A stretch of 46,140 nucleotides of DNA from Tubiluchus corallicola (GCA_030141605.1 JAQGDQ010001339.1:1-46140), one strand, 5' to 3'. Counted from the stretch's first letter, positions 1 to 13,444 are shown. The notes: a model not told the origin generated them from the letters alone. Translations and numbers: made by a program.

Positions 1-221
1 GGCGTTAAGTTATGAATCCTGACTCCAGGAAATAATATCGCCATCTTGTGCTTCTAGTCCTACAAGAAAAGATATTTGCTTTTAACTAAAACGCTTAAGT
101 TTGTTTTTCCTACTCTATGTTACAAAATATTACAATAGAAACCTAAAAAAAACGCAAAATAAGTTCAAGAAAAAAGAAAAAAAAGAAACGACAACGACAT
201 TTCAACAAGTACAAGGGCAGT

Positions 222-830
222 GATTTGATTTGATTTGATTGAATATTTTATTTCAAACTTCACAAAGTTCATATACACATCACAAATTAATACAAATAAT
301 ACAAAAATTATGACACATAACAATAACACAAATAACAATTAACGATATAACAAACTACGCCAATGACATCTAATTACAGAAGTAAAGTTTACATCACTGT
401 TTAAAATGTTCTTGCATATAAAATTTTCACTCTTATTCAGCCTGACGTATAAACTGTATGCACATTTTCTGTGAATAACATCAAAATAAGTAATATTAAG
501 TCTAGTAGACATATATCTTGCGCTCGTATCATATGAAAAGTTAAACAGCTTCCGTGTTGATACATTATATGCAACCTTGAGTTTGCTAAGATTGTAAGAA
601 TAAAAATGTCTCCAAGTGGACATACAATAAAAAGTAGTGCAGTAAGTATTAAACAATTGTCTCTTCACGTTAACTAAACAGTGAGTAAATTTCATGAGTA
701 ATTTATTTGTTGTACCATAGTAAATTGAACATTGTCGTAATACGTCTAAATCATCTCTATTGTCATCTGATAAAATATGAGCCAGATATTTTTCCTTTTT
801 ACTAGGTACAAAACTTTTACACTGCAAAAC
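222..830 (-). mobile_element. 5'-truncated non-LTR retrotransposon 3' end (RTEX-like)
   Basis: ORF 339-827 reads KYLAHILSDDNRDDLDVLRQ...NKLLMKF...VKRQLFNTYCTTFY...W...LKVAYN, a typical post-RT LINE region; followed by AATAAA and an (ATCAA)n tail at 222-242. Confidence 0.8.
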
Positions 831-1489
831 AACAGACCCAACAGTGGAAACCTTTCGAATGGGACCACAGTCTATTTCACGTATTTTTGTTCCTGTGTCG
901 TGTTATGGACTTTAGATTTATGTGCTAACAAACGGTGTTTGTAATTAAGACTGTGATTAATTATCGAACACTAATCTTAATATCGCCTTGGAATGAATCA
1001 AAATTATTATAAGGAATAATAAATGACTATTATTAAGCATTAGACTGGTATGGAATGAATTAATGAAATTAGGACACATGCCCTAATGAATCAGGAACAC
1101 AATGTCTATAAAGCCTATTAGGTTGAGAGCATTATGTGTGTTGATTAGCTTCTGTTTGCGTGCCCAAATCTGGGTCGTGGTGTGCACATCTAGAAGCCAT
1201 GTCGGTCACTGGAGTTACTCCCACTGCTAGATGATTTTTCCAAGCCAATTTTTCAAAGATCTCTTGAGGGACCTATAAAGAGGTTAATGAGGACAATATT
1301 GGCGATTTTTCCAAAGTCACCTCAGTAATAAAGCTTGCATGAGCACATTTTATCTATACAGCGAAAAACTAGAGGACTTAATTTATGGCTTCTTCGAGTA
1401 AGCAAAATCAAAATTGTTATGGTTAAGCTGGCTTCCATGCCTAAGCTGGACTGTTGGTCAACTTTTGTGGTGGATTTTGCAGTTACTTC

Positions 1490-2180
1490 TTCAATCCATC
1501 CATTCCTTTAGCTGTTCAATCATTCGTTCGTTCGTTCCTTCGTTCGCTCATTCCTTCGTTCGTCCGTTAGCTTATTTACTTACTCATTTATTCATTCATT
1601 CGTTCATTCGTTTCTTTTGTTCATTTATTCAATCATCATTCATTCATGTATTTATTTAGTTATTCGTTCATTCATTATTCATCCGTTCGTTCGTTAATTT
1701 ATTCATTTACGTATTTATTCATTCATTCATTCATTCATTCATTCATTCATTCACTAATTCATTTATTTTGTTCATTCATTCATTTATTCGCTCTTTCACG
1801 TATTCACTTATTCATTCTTTTATTCAATTGAACGTTCGTTCGTTCGTTCGTTCGTTCGTTCATTCGTTCATTCATTCATTCATTCATACATGCATTCATT
1901 TATTCGTTTAATCATTCATACATTCATTCACTAATTCATTCACTCATTCACAAGTTTGCTCTCTCACTTATTCACTCGTTCATTCATTCTCTCATTCATT
2001 GATTCATACATTCAACTGTACATTTATTCATTGATTCATGCATTCAATCATTCACTCAGTCATTGGTAAATTCATTCGTTCGCTCTTTCCTTTATTCGCT
2101 CATTCATTCATTTCTTCATTCATTCATTCATGCAGACAACAGTCCAGCCATTAATTTATCATTTTGTACTTTCATTCACT
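1490..2180. repeat. Degenerate (TTCA)n/(TTCG)n microsatellite
   Basis: Directly visible. Confidence 0.95.
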
Positions 2181-2872
2181 TAGGAGCTCTGTCATTCAAT
2201 AAATTCCTTAATTCCTGTCTTTGAGCATCATCCTTCAAAACGACCTACGTTTCGGTTCTGCCACAAGCCTCAACATACTAGATCCCGGCATTCAGTGTGA
2301 CAAACAAACTCCAGGATATTAGCAAATGGATTACCAGTGGATTACGTGAAATGAAATTTTTATCAAGGCTAATAACTCAGCATCTAAAATCATAAAGCCT
2401 TTGCGTCAGTTGTAAATGTTAACACTCCTTATTTCCTGTTTGCTCAGCATGACAGAGAAACCCTTTGAATAAACAGTGAAACATGTTTAGAAAATAATCC
2501 CATCTTGGACCTACAGCTATCTGTTTACGAAAAATTGATTTGTGTATTTAATGTGTCTTGTTAAAAAAACGGAAAAGCTGAGCAAACAGCTAAAGGTCTT
2601 TTCTGTAGCCCGTCCATTCTCCAGTGTTGAATGACAGCGTGGACGCCGACACTGACAGTGAAATTTAAATGTCATTTCAAGTTGGTGTTGATTTTCGTCA
2701 ATATTGGTCATTGTTGAAATAAACAGCCAATCACAATGCGCGCTGGTGACTCAGGTAGAAGATAGGCAATAAAAATAGAAAAAGAGTCATGAGACGCGTA
2801 AGAGACATTGTTTATGAGATGAAAATTTTGAAGAATGACGTCACAAAGTCAGTAAAACAGTTTAAAACGAAT

Positions 2873-3418
<546 letters not shown>

Positions 3419-3612
3419 AACTTATTTTCGTCTTATCTATAAAGTATTCAAATAAGCTCAACTTTGAAGTTGAACATTTTAAATTATTATTTCTAGTTAA
3501 ATAAGTCTTTCCAGCAGATAAGTGAAAAGCTAAGTAATATAACTTTGCATGGAAATTTTCTAGGACATAACTTAACAGCGCAATTACAAGTTTCATTGTT
3601 GTACCAGATTAA

Positions 3613-4146
3613 AGGAAGACTGGACGATTGTTTAGACTCAATCTCATTTTAATTTACTGTCCAAAATATACATTTTCTTGCCTATAAAAGTTAGCAATTG
3701 TTCCTTATATTTGAATAATTAGCTTAGAATGTTAATTAACGGCAACCGAGCACAGCTATTGCTTACGTCACAAACTAACCACAATTTGTGCAATGGCGGA
3801 CATCTAAGCACATTTGCATAGGTGTTACAGTACTGATTAAACGCGTGATTAAACGAAAGTGGGCTTTGTGTCATATGACGTCAGAAACTGAAACTGCAGT
3901 TCATGACATGCTTATCACGGTACCGCCTTCTATTTGTCGGCCACGCGAATATGACAAAAGGGCGTAGTTGCCAATCTTAGTAGATTCACTGAGCCGCGCG
4001 TAGCTTTGAAAGTTTAACGAAATTTGAGTATCTGAGGTAATTATTATTTAATCTAAGCTTTGCGTTAAAATAAGCTATTGTAATTTTCAATATTTTAGAG
4101 TATCCTTTATTCTGAACTCGTGTAAACAAAATCATCCGGTTTTCCT
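3613..4146. mobile_element. Kolobok-like non-autonomous TIR element
   Basis: TTAA|AGGAAGACTGGACGATTG ... AAATCATCCGGTTTTCCT|TTTA: imperfect TIRs with AGG...CCT termini and a TTAA-type target site. Confidence 0.6.
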
Positions 4147-4569
4147 TTTATATGTGTTAGTAACTGGATAGAATGACCAGCTGGTATTCGAGGTGCTTCT
4201 ATTGGTACAAAACCAAGTTCCGCGTCAAGTTGATACCGCTATACGAGGCACCAAGGATAAAAAGAGGCCTTCCATCATTGTTCTATATTATTTATAGTGG
4301 TTTATCAAGTCTTGTGACAATTCTTGTAATACTCCTGTAATACCGTACCAAGTCCAAAACACTGACTGCAATGAACGGGTTCAGCGTTACTTTACCCGCA
4401 GGCTCTTTGATCGGCACCAGTTAGGGCACACTCCATATATGAGCAGACTAGTTGAAGCTGGTTTGCAGTCACTTGAAATGAGGCGATTTTTGATTTAAAA
4501 ATCGCGTAAATGATCTTGCATAAACTGGTAGATTTAAATTTTGAAGATTTTTTCACTTTTGCTACCACC

Positions 4570-4925
4570 TGTTGTGGAGATCCACTAGGATTAAATAGAA
4601 TATTGTAGAATGTTCTATAGTATAGTAGAACAATCTTCATACCTTGTAGAAGTTTCTAGAACTTTCTATTTCTAGATTGTTCCCTGGCACTGATATATAA
4701 GGTGGAGCTGGCCGCTGGAGTTTATTCTCTCACATTCTCTTGTATTCTCAGATTCTCAGATACGCTTTCTCGCTTTCACGTTTCCAGATTATCACATTAG
4801 CTGTAAACATTTCGCGTTCCTTCATACTTTTGTGTTGTAGAATTCTGGCATAATAAACTAGTTTAATTTGATGAAGTGTTTTCTGGTTTTCTCTACGAGC
4901 CTTCCGAGAGAAACAAAACACAACA
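4570..4925 (+). mobile_element. Solo LTR
   Basis: TGTTGTG...CACAACA termini; flanks CCACC/TCACC (5-bp TSD, one mismatch); internal TATATAA (~4694) and AATAAA (~4852). Confidence 0.75.
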
Positions 4926-5314
4926 TCACCACACATTTAAGAGGACATAACTATTAACTTTTTTTCAATTATTCTACGTTGAACTTGAATAAACACGATT
5001 TTTCAGACTTAATTTTTAGTACACGGAATGACCTTCGTTATGACATTGTCAATTCAGCCTGTCAGTTTTTAGTAGGAAGCCAACCAAAACCTGTTTGTTA
5101 AAATATCGCAAATTTAGATAATTTCTATAAAACATTATTACCCTAGTTCAATGATCTCTCCCAATTTTGTTAAATTTACATTTCGAATACATTTTAAAAA
5201 CTGTCAACGGTGTTCTTAATCTTTGAAATGATCACATTTTTGTATCAAGATCATTTTCGGGTTTTGTTCAGTAAATGAAGCATTTTTCTTGGAGTAACGG
5301 CAGATTTTTCTTAA

Positions 5315-5752
5315 CCCTTTCATACCCGTTGTATACCGTGGGATACGAGAATATTTTTTGCCTTTAAAATTAATAAACTTTTAAAACTGACAGTTATTTG
5401 ATCTGTTAATAGTTATTTTGATTTAAGCCAATAACAATAGACTAAAAATGGTGATAAAATGGCAAACTAGAAAATCTACATAGCATAAAAAACTGCGCAA
5501 GGTACAGTACTTTAGAGATGACTTTGTACAGATCAGCATAGCATGCATACTAAATGTCTTAAATACTTTAAAAAATCATCAGCAGTTGCAAAATGAAGCA
5601 CATTTTTTGCTTTTGTTGTGTTTTTAAAAAAATCGGACTTTGTTTTTTTTGCACATGACAAAGAATGTTGTGTATTCAACAGGATGCATTGGGAACAAAA
5701 GTTCCAAGTCAAAAATTTTTTCTTTTTAAAAAATAATTTGGGACTGAAAGGG
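5315..5752 (+). mobile_element. piggyBac-like MITE, copy 1
   Basis: TTAA|CCCTTTCA ... TGAAAGGG|TTAA; four related copies in the window. Confidence 0.88.
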
Positions 5753-6061
5753 TTAAGCAGTAAAATTATTTACCTGTTTAGAAAAAACGCCAACATGTTC
5801 AAATAGCTAATGAAATATCTAACTATGAATATGTTATTTATGCAAATGTGGGACATGAACTTTTTGTGCGCTAATGATATTTGTAAAAAAATTGTACAAA
5901 ATTTCACCCAGCAGCAAGACACTGCTTAAATAGAACAATGGGTTGCCATGGAGATTGTGACGCGCAGCTGCTATGTTCATTGTCCTGCTGTAGCTTCTAA
6001 TATCACACTGCAAGAATGGGCATTGCTAAAGTTGGCGTTGCTATGGTGACAGAACAATTTT

Positions 6062-7065
6062 TTGACTGCCATCTAGGGGCGAGACAAAAAAACAATGTAA
6101 GTGTGTGATTGCACTACTTACAGTCGTACTTGACTGCCATCTAGAGGCGAGTTAAAAAACAATGCAAGTGTGTGATTGCACTACTTACAGTCGTACTTGA
6201 CTGCCATCTAGGGGCGAGTTAAAAAAAACAATGCAAGTGTGTAATTGCACTACTTACAGTCGTACTTGACTGCCATCTAGAGTCGAGTTAAAAAACAATG
6301 CAAGTGTGTAATTGCACTACTTACAGTCGTACTTGACTGCCATCTAGAGGCGAGTTAAAAAACAATGTAAGTGTGTAATTGCACTACCTACAGTCGTACT
6401 TGACTGCCATCTAGAGTCGAGTTAAAAAACAGTGCAAGTGTGTGATTGCACTACTTACAGTCGTACTTGACTGCCATCTAGAGTCGAGTTAAAAAACAAT
6501 GCAAGTGTGTAATTGCACTACTTACAGTCGTACTTGACTGCCATCTAGGGGCGAGTTAAAAAAAACAATGTAAGTGTGTGATTGCACTACTTACAGTCGT
6601 ACTTGACTGCCATCTAGAGTCGAGTTAAAAAACAATGCAAGTGTGTAATTGCACTACTTACAGTCGTACTTGACTGCCATCTAGGGGCGAGTTAAAAAAA
6701 ACAATGTAAGTGTGTAATTGCACTACCTACAGTCGTACTTGACTGCCATCTAGAGTCGAGTTAAAAAACAATGCAAGTGTGTAATTGCACTACTTACAGT
6801 CGTACTTGACTGCCATCTAGGGGCTAGTTAAAAAAACAATGCAAGTGTGTAATTGCACTACCTACAGTCGTACTTGACTGCCATCTAGAGTCGAGTTAAA
6901 AAACAATGCAAGTGTGTGATTGCACTACTTACAGTCGTACTTGACTGCCATCTAGGGGCGGGTTAAAAAAACAATGCAAGTGTGTGATTGCACTACTTAC
7001 AGTCGTACTTCACTGCCATCTAGGGGCGAGTTAAAAAAACAATGCACGTGTGTAATTGCAGTATT
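6062..7065. repeat. Minisatellite, ~15 x 67-69 bp
   Basis: Unit ttgactgccatctag(g/a)g(g/t)cgagttaaaaaacaatgcaagtgtgt(g/a)attgcactacttacagtcgtac. Confidence 0.97.
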
Positions 7066-7166
7066 TGCAATCCTATGACATCGAAGTAAAATATTTGCTG
7101 CGTCTTCGACTGCATCTAATTGCAATGTTGAAAAATTGTCTTCCTGAGTTTATTTGATTCACCTAA

Positions 7167-7514
7167 TCCTTTCAGTCCCAAATTATTTTTTAAATAAGAA
7201 AAAAAATTTGGCTTGGTACTTTTGTTCAGTATGTTTTATCTTGTTTACACAAAATAATTATTTTTTGGCATTATAAGACATTTAGTATGTACGCAATGCT
7301 GATCTGTACAAAGTCATCTCTAAAGTACCTTGTGCAGTTTTTTATACTATGTAGATTTTCTAGTTTGCCATTTTATCACCATTTTAGTCTATTGTTACTG
7401 GCTTAAATCAAAATAACTATTAACAGATCAAATAACTGTCAGTTTTAAAATTTTATTAATTTTAAAGGTAGAAAATATTCTCGTATCCCACGGGATACAA
7501 CGGGTATGAAAGGG
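7167..7514 (-). mobile_element. piggyBac-like MITE, copy 2 (inverted relative to copy 1)
   Basis: ctaa|tcctttcagtccc ... gggtatgaaaggg|TTAA; internal sequence is the reverse complement of copy 1 with deletions. Confidence 0.85.
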
Positions 7515-8094
7515 TTAACAACATTTCTTACGCTGCATGCTTTTCTGGTGACTTTGTGTTATTAAAAAACAGGGACGCTGATGCTGATGAGCTTTACGAA
7601 AAGTACCTCACTGTTTAAATGACTTAAGGAGGGTGGCTTACAATCTATTCGAAAAAGATTTCCTATACTGCTTGTTGAAGTAATTTTTCATCGGAATTTT
7701 AAACCTTAATGAGTTTATAAAATGCGGGTGTTATAGATTTCTAAGTTTCGCATGTCGGGTGTTCTCAAATAGAGAACTATTTATCAAATCCGTATGTTCG
7801 ACATTTAAGCGTTCAGAATTTACAAAACCAGTGAAAAAATAATTCACTGCAATAATTCACACTTGTTCTTGTTGGGTCACCTTGGATGGCTTAACTCTTT
7901 CCCACTTGAATTCTTGCAAAGTTGGTTTTAATGTCCAGTTTTCCATAGTTCAAGTATTAATCAGCTCGTAGGTAGACATGATTAATCGTCATCTGGGCGG
8001 GTGAAGGTCAAAGGACAAAAAAAATAAAAGCCACAAGCCAAAAAAGAGCCATTGGTCAATGAGTCACCATGGGCATGAAGATACCAACCAAAAA

Positions 8095-8440
8095 CGCAAG
8101 CGTATTCACACTAGACAGCAAAACTTGCTGTGAGTTACTCTGCGACAGTAAGCGCGACTGACACTCACTTCTTCATACGCTGCGAGAAGTGTGTAGAGTA
8201 ACTCACTAAGTAACTCGCAAGCGTATTCACACTAGACAGCAAAACTTGCTGTGAGTTACTCTGCGACAGTAAGCGCGACTGACACTCACTTCTTTATACA
8301 CTGCGAGAAGTGTCGAGAGTAACTCACTAAGTAACTCGCAAGCATATTCACATTGGACAGCAAAACTTGCTGTGAGTTACTCTCCGACAGTAAGCGTGAC
8401 TGACACTCTACACACTGCGAGAAGTGTCGAGAGTAACTCT
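8095..8440. repeat. Tandem repeat, ~3 x 121 bp
   Basis: cgcaagc(g/a)tattcaca at 8095, 8216 and 8337. Confidence 0.93.
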
Positions 8441-8884
8441 CCGAGGCAGAGAGTAACCGTCGGATAGATTTGCTGTCTCTTACAGAGAGTAACTCGCAGA
8501 GCAGTTCACACTTGGCACTTTGCTGTCAGAAACAAAACTCCTTAGTTTGAACTCGCTATAAAACATTTCACTTATAGTAACAACCTAACCTGACTGACCA
8601 TTTCTCACTGACCTGACTGACCATTTCTCACTGACCTGACTGACCATTTCACACTAACCTGACTGACCATTTCACACTGATGCAAACGTGAAGGAATTCC
8701 ATTACTTTTGCTGCAAAATAAATTTCTAATTACTGATTGTAAAGCCATGAAAGCCGTACATCCATTAGTGCAGCCAGCCTCTTATGCCGTTGTAATAAGA
8801 TGTCATCTAAAATAAATTGGCTCTGAAATTAATTACTATGTGGCGCTTATAGTTAGCCGGGTGTAGCGATCATTTGTGAAGGCA

Positions 8885-9588
8885 TTTGTCTTTTCTTTTG
8901 TCTTTGTTTTGAAAGTTAAAGGAAAACAGGATGATTTTTCATATCCTTCCTTGTTTTGTCTTTTCCTTTGGCTTTGTATTGAAAGTTAAAGGAAAACACA
9001 ACGATTTTTCATATCCTTGCTTGTTTTGTCTTTTCTTTTGTCTTTGTGTTGAAAGTTAAAGGAAAACACAACGATTTTTCATATCCTTCCTTGTTTTGTC
9101 TTTTCTTTTGGCTTTGTGTTGAAAGTTAAAGGAAAACAGGATGATTTTTCATATCCTTCCTTGTTTTGTCTTTTTATTTGGCTTTGTTTTGAAAGTTAAA
9201 GGAAAACAGGATGATTTTTCATATCCTTCCTTGTTTTGTCTTTTTATTTGGCTTTGTTTTGAAAGTTAAAGGAAAACAGGGTGATTTTTCATATCCTTCC
9301 TTGTTTTGTCTTTTTATTTGGCTTTGTTTTGAAAGTTAAAGGAAAACACAACGATTTTTCATATCCTTCCTTGTTTTGTCTTTTTATTTGGCTTTGTATT
9401 GAAAGTTAAAGGAAAACACAACGATTTTTCATATCCTTCCTTGTTTTGTCTTTTTATTTGGCTTTGTTTTCAAAGTTAAAGGAAAACAGGACGATTTTTC
9501 ATATCCTTCCTTGTTTTGTCTTTTCCTTTGGCTTTGTTTTGAAAGTTAAAGAAAAACAGGACGATTTTTCATATAATTCCTTGTTTTG
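8885..9588. repeat. Minisatellite, 10 x 70 bp, containing a Kolobok-like terminus
   Basis: (g/c)aaagttaaa at 8911, 8981, ... 9541 with an exact 70-bp period. Confidence 0.97.
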
Positions 9589-9952
9589 AAGTACGGTAAA
9601 AAGAATTTAGTATTTTACCGTATCTATAATATAGATATTTTGTTTAACAATTAAATGCTTCGATAAAGAAAGTCAACGACCCTAACTTAAATGATTTTCT
9701 AGCGAAATACTTTGAATTAATTAAAATTGTTTGATGTTATAATTTCAATTACCCATAAAAGTCTTATTAACTGCAAAATGTTTAACTAAAATGCAGGCTC
9801 CTCTCGGCAGTAATTATAACAACGTGAAAATTTGTTTCATCTAACATTACATCAGCATTTCAAATTTTAGTTTTTACACTAAACTGGATAGAATTATTTT
9901 CCCAAGTTAAATGTCAATGAATAGAAATTGATGTTCTTAAAGCTTAGTTGTA

Positions 9953-10724
9953 AAGATACGACTCCATGTGCGCGTAATGCGTGATGCGTATACAACAGTT
10001 TATGTTTAAACACGTGGAAATGCTCCTTGTGTATGTAATGCGTAATCCGTAATGCGTGATGCGTGATCCGTAATGCGTGATAGATATACAAGAGTTTATA
10101 TTCGAACACGTGGGAGTGTTGCCATGTGTACGTAATGCGTAATCCGTAATGCGAGATGCATGATGCGTAATCCATAATGCGTATACAACAATTTATATTT
10201 AAACACGTGGAAGTGTTTCCTTGTGTATGTAATGCGTGATACGTGATACGTATTCACTGGAACGTGACGGAACCTGAATACGCATCTCGGAGCAATACGC
10301 AGACGGGAAACCGCCGTTGCCTAGGTGATTTAGCGAGTTTCCGGTGACATTTCGATGCTGTTGTGAATCGAGTACTAACTCTTTCAACAAGTGGTGATAT
10401 ATGCCGTACCGTTCTCTTTGTTTCTAGATGTTATGTTCCCAAAACCTGTGCTTCCGTTTTCGTTTCAATAGAGAGCTAGTGTCGATGCTGCACGTATGTC
10501 TGCATTACAGTCGTGCTGAAATTTTGATAATGGCATGGCTTCCAAAAATTATTATTCCTAAACTTACAATTTCCTGCATTCGCGAACAGTGACCAAAAAT
10601 GGCGGATAGGATGCCATGAACTTTGGTAATACGCATAGCATGTACTGACACATGGTATTAGTCAATACGCATTATGGATTACGCATTGCGGGCCCCGCAT
10701 TACGCGCACATAGAGCCGTAGCTT
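9953..10724. mobile_element. Non-autonomous TIR element with subterminal 7-bp repeats
   Basis: Left end aagatacgactccatgtgcgcgtaatgcg versus right end reverse complement aagctacggctctatgtgcgcgtaatgcg; internal (GCGTAAT/GCGTGAT)n. Superfamily uncertain. Confidence 0.72.
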
Positions 10725-10756
10725 AGAGCTCAAGATATGGTTCGATTTTCGTTTAA

Positions 10757-11204
10757 AGGACAAGAAAATGGCCAACCAAAGTAAACCTCAGAAAATTCGA
10801 AAAAAATTACATCACCTAAGTATAATCTTAAGCGAATAAAGTACTCACGCAATTCGCATTTACTCAAATTTTTGTTAAATATTTCTACCGTTGCAGTAAA
10901 CGTTGGCGCAGACATGTTTCATTTAGTCCACCAACTGAAAAGCCAGCATGTGACAGATCACGTGATATGACATCGCTCGAACACAGTCGCAGTGAGTTCT
11001 GAGCAGTGTACTAATTGTGTTGTGGTTCTGTGACGCCATCTAATATGGCGCCGCCGTGACAGTCTCGCGGGAGTATTTAAAATGAAAACAAACAGGAAAT
11101 TCTTTTAACGTGAGTGTGATAAACGCTTAAGATTGCCTCTAACCGTTATAATTCTTTAGTGAAAATTTTCTGAGACTTGCTTTAACTTGGCCTTTTCTTC
11201 TCCT
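10757..11204. mobile_element. Kolobok-like MITE
   Basis: TTAA|AGGACAAGAAAATGGCCAA ... TTGGCCTTTTCTTCTCCT|TTAA; right end is similar to the element at 35952-36620. Confidence 0.75.
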
Positions 11205-11409
11205 TTAAACCTCGGCTAGAAAATTAAAAAATTAAACTAGGGCTACGTTTACAAACATTTCTCGCTATCTATAACAGGGCTTCTGAACTCATCTAGATTA
11301 ATATGGTATACCCGTATTCGTATTCGTAGCGTGTCGTATTCCAGAATTTAATTAATATGGAATGTCAATAATATGATTATTAAGACTTTTTGTATAGGCC
11401 TATATTATG

Positions 11410-12100
11410 AACTATGAATTTATTTTCACACATCAAAATACAATATCATACACATTGATAAACAATAAATAAAATGATTTACTTAAATGAAAAGAATGAT
11501 TATAGTTATGCATGCTTCTGTAGATAACTTAATGTAAATAAGGATGAAGTAAATGATAATTTGAGTAGTGCGAGGTGAGTGTAGCACCATACGGTCATTA
11601 ACACACTCACCTTACTTAAATGAAAAAATGATTATAGTTATGCATGCTGCTGTAGATAACTTAATGTAATTGATGTAATAAAGTAAATGATGTAATAATA
11701 GCAAGGAAACATAAGGAAAACATTAAGAAAGGAAAACATAATATGTAATTACGATTTTGATATAGGCTGCGATGAATGAATAATTTCATTTAAATTGATT
11801 TATACCTTTTACTAATAAAGTAACAAAGGTCGTAATGATACCTATTAGTAAAAGAAAAACATTAGTGCAAAAAGACACACGTGCATAAAAAGAGAAAAAA
11901 CCTCTGGTTTTCTACGCCATTGAATATTTACTAATTAAAAATATCTTATATCGTTTGGTAGCTATTTTTAAAGAAGGATAGGAAATGATTGTATTGGGTA
12001 CGGTATTCCACAAAATAACTCTATACGAAGATAACGTAACGATATTAAATGATTTAGAATCAAAAGACTTGATTCACAACCGCCGAATGTGAACCAAACG
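11410..12100 (-). mobile_element. CR1-group (L2/Crack-like) LINE 3' remnant
   Basis: Minus frame reads ...ILWNTVPNTIISYPSLKIATKRYKIFLISKYSMA* (stop at 11912-11914), matching the LWNxLP...SL..FK..L ORF2 C-terminal motif; AATAAA near 11420. Confidence 0.6.
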
Positions 12101-12150
12101 TTGACATTTCAAATCTTTCATTTCAATATCAGAAAAAAGGTCTCTGGCTT

Positions 12151-12645
12151 CATTTAAACAGATGTGGTTTAAACATGTCGATTACTTGATGATGTAATAA
12201 CTTTATTCAGACCTGGTGAATGTGAATTAAACGTATCATTTCACATGTATCATTAAACAGATGTGGTTTAAACATGTCGATTACTTGATGATGTAATAAC
12301 TTTATTCAGACCTGGTGAATGTGAATTAAACGTATCATTTTACATGTATCATTAAACAGATGTGGTTTAAACATGTCGATTACTTGATGATGTAATAACT
12401 TTATTCAGACCTGGTGAATGTGAATTAAACGTATCATTTTACATGTATCATTAAACAGATGTGGTTGAAACATGTCGATTACTTGATGATCTAATAACTT
12501 TAGTCAGACCTGGTGAATGTGAATTAAACGTATCATTTCACATGTATCATTAAACAGATGTGGTTGAAACATGTCGATTACTTGATGATGTAATAACTTT
12601 ATTCAGACCTGGTGAATGTTAATTAAACGTATCATTTTACATGTT
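12151..12645. repeat. Tandem repeat, 5 x 99 bp
   Basis: aaacagatgtggtt at 12156, 12255, 12354, 12453 and 12552. Confidence 0.96.
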
Positions 12646-13444
12646 TCGCGTGATTATTTCTTAAATTTTAACGCAAATATTATCTAAACTCGCTTTTAAC
12701 AACCTTTTGTCAGAATGACTGCCCCTAACGGTGATCGCGGAAGTTTATTTTCAAGTTTTATACAGCGTTACTGCTAAAACAAGCTCTATAGGCAATAAGG
12801 CAGTACGCAGGTGATAAAATCTCAAGAATTCTCTTAGTTTTTGTAAGTAAAGGGTTTCCTTGTGTTATAAATTTAGCAGTTTATTTTAATCACTTTTATT
12901 ACGGATTATGGTACAGACACACTTTCGCGTTGTTCTTTGACAATTCAGTAATCTAAGGATCAGCGGGCTCCGGGTTCAATTCCCGTACTTGCTAATTCAA
13001 CTCACTTTTATCCGTGATTGAAATTTTCCAAGGCATTAAACGATTTAAACTCAAATATTTAGTAAATCAATTTTTCTAACCTTTTCATTCTCTTTTGGCA
13101 AAAGTCACTTTGCCCAGCCTTGAGTTTAAGACTTCAGTCAACATTTATATTAAATTTCTTACAGCTGGAAAGCGTTTCGAGTTGATTACCAGCACGTGAT
13201 TGGTTGAGATTTTTCAAATGCCAACACGTAGAATCACTGCTAATTTCCGTCTCGGCTAAGAGTCTTATTACGACTTGAAAATTGATTTAGAGTCGGTGGA
13301 ATAAAACACAAGAGCTTTAGTGAAAAATCTGGTTTCATTAGACAAAGTGTTGAAACAGTTTTACTTTGTTTGTTTGTCTGTTTGCTTATAGATCGGTTGT
13401 TTGCGTGGGCGTCTTAAAGGCAGCAGTTATCTACAACTGTTGGT

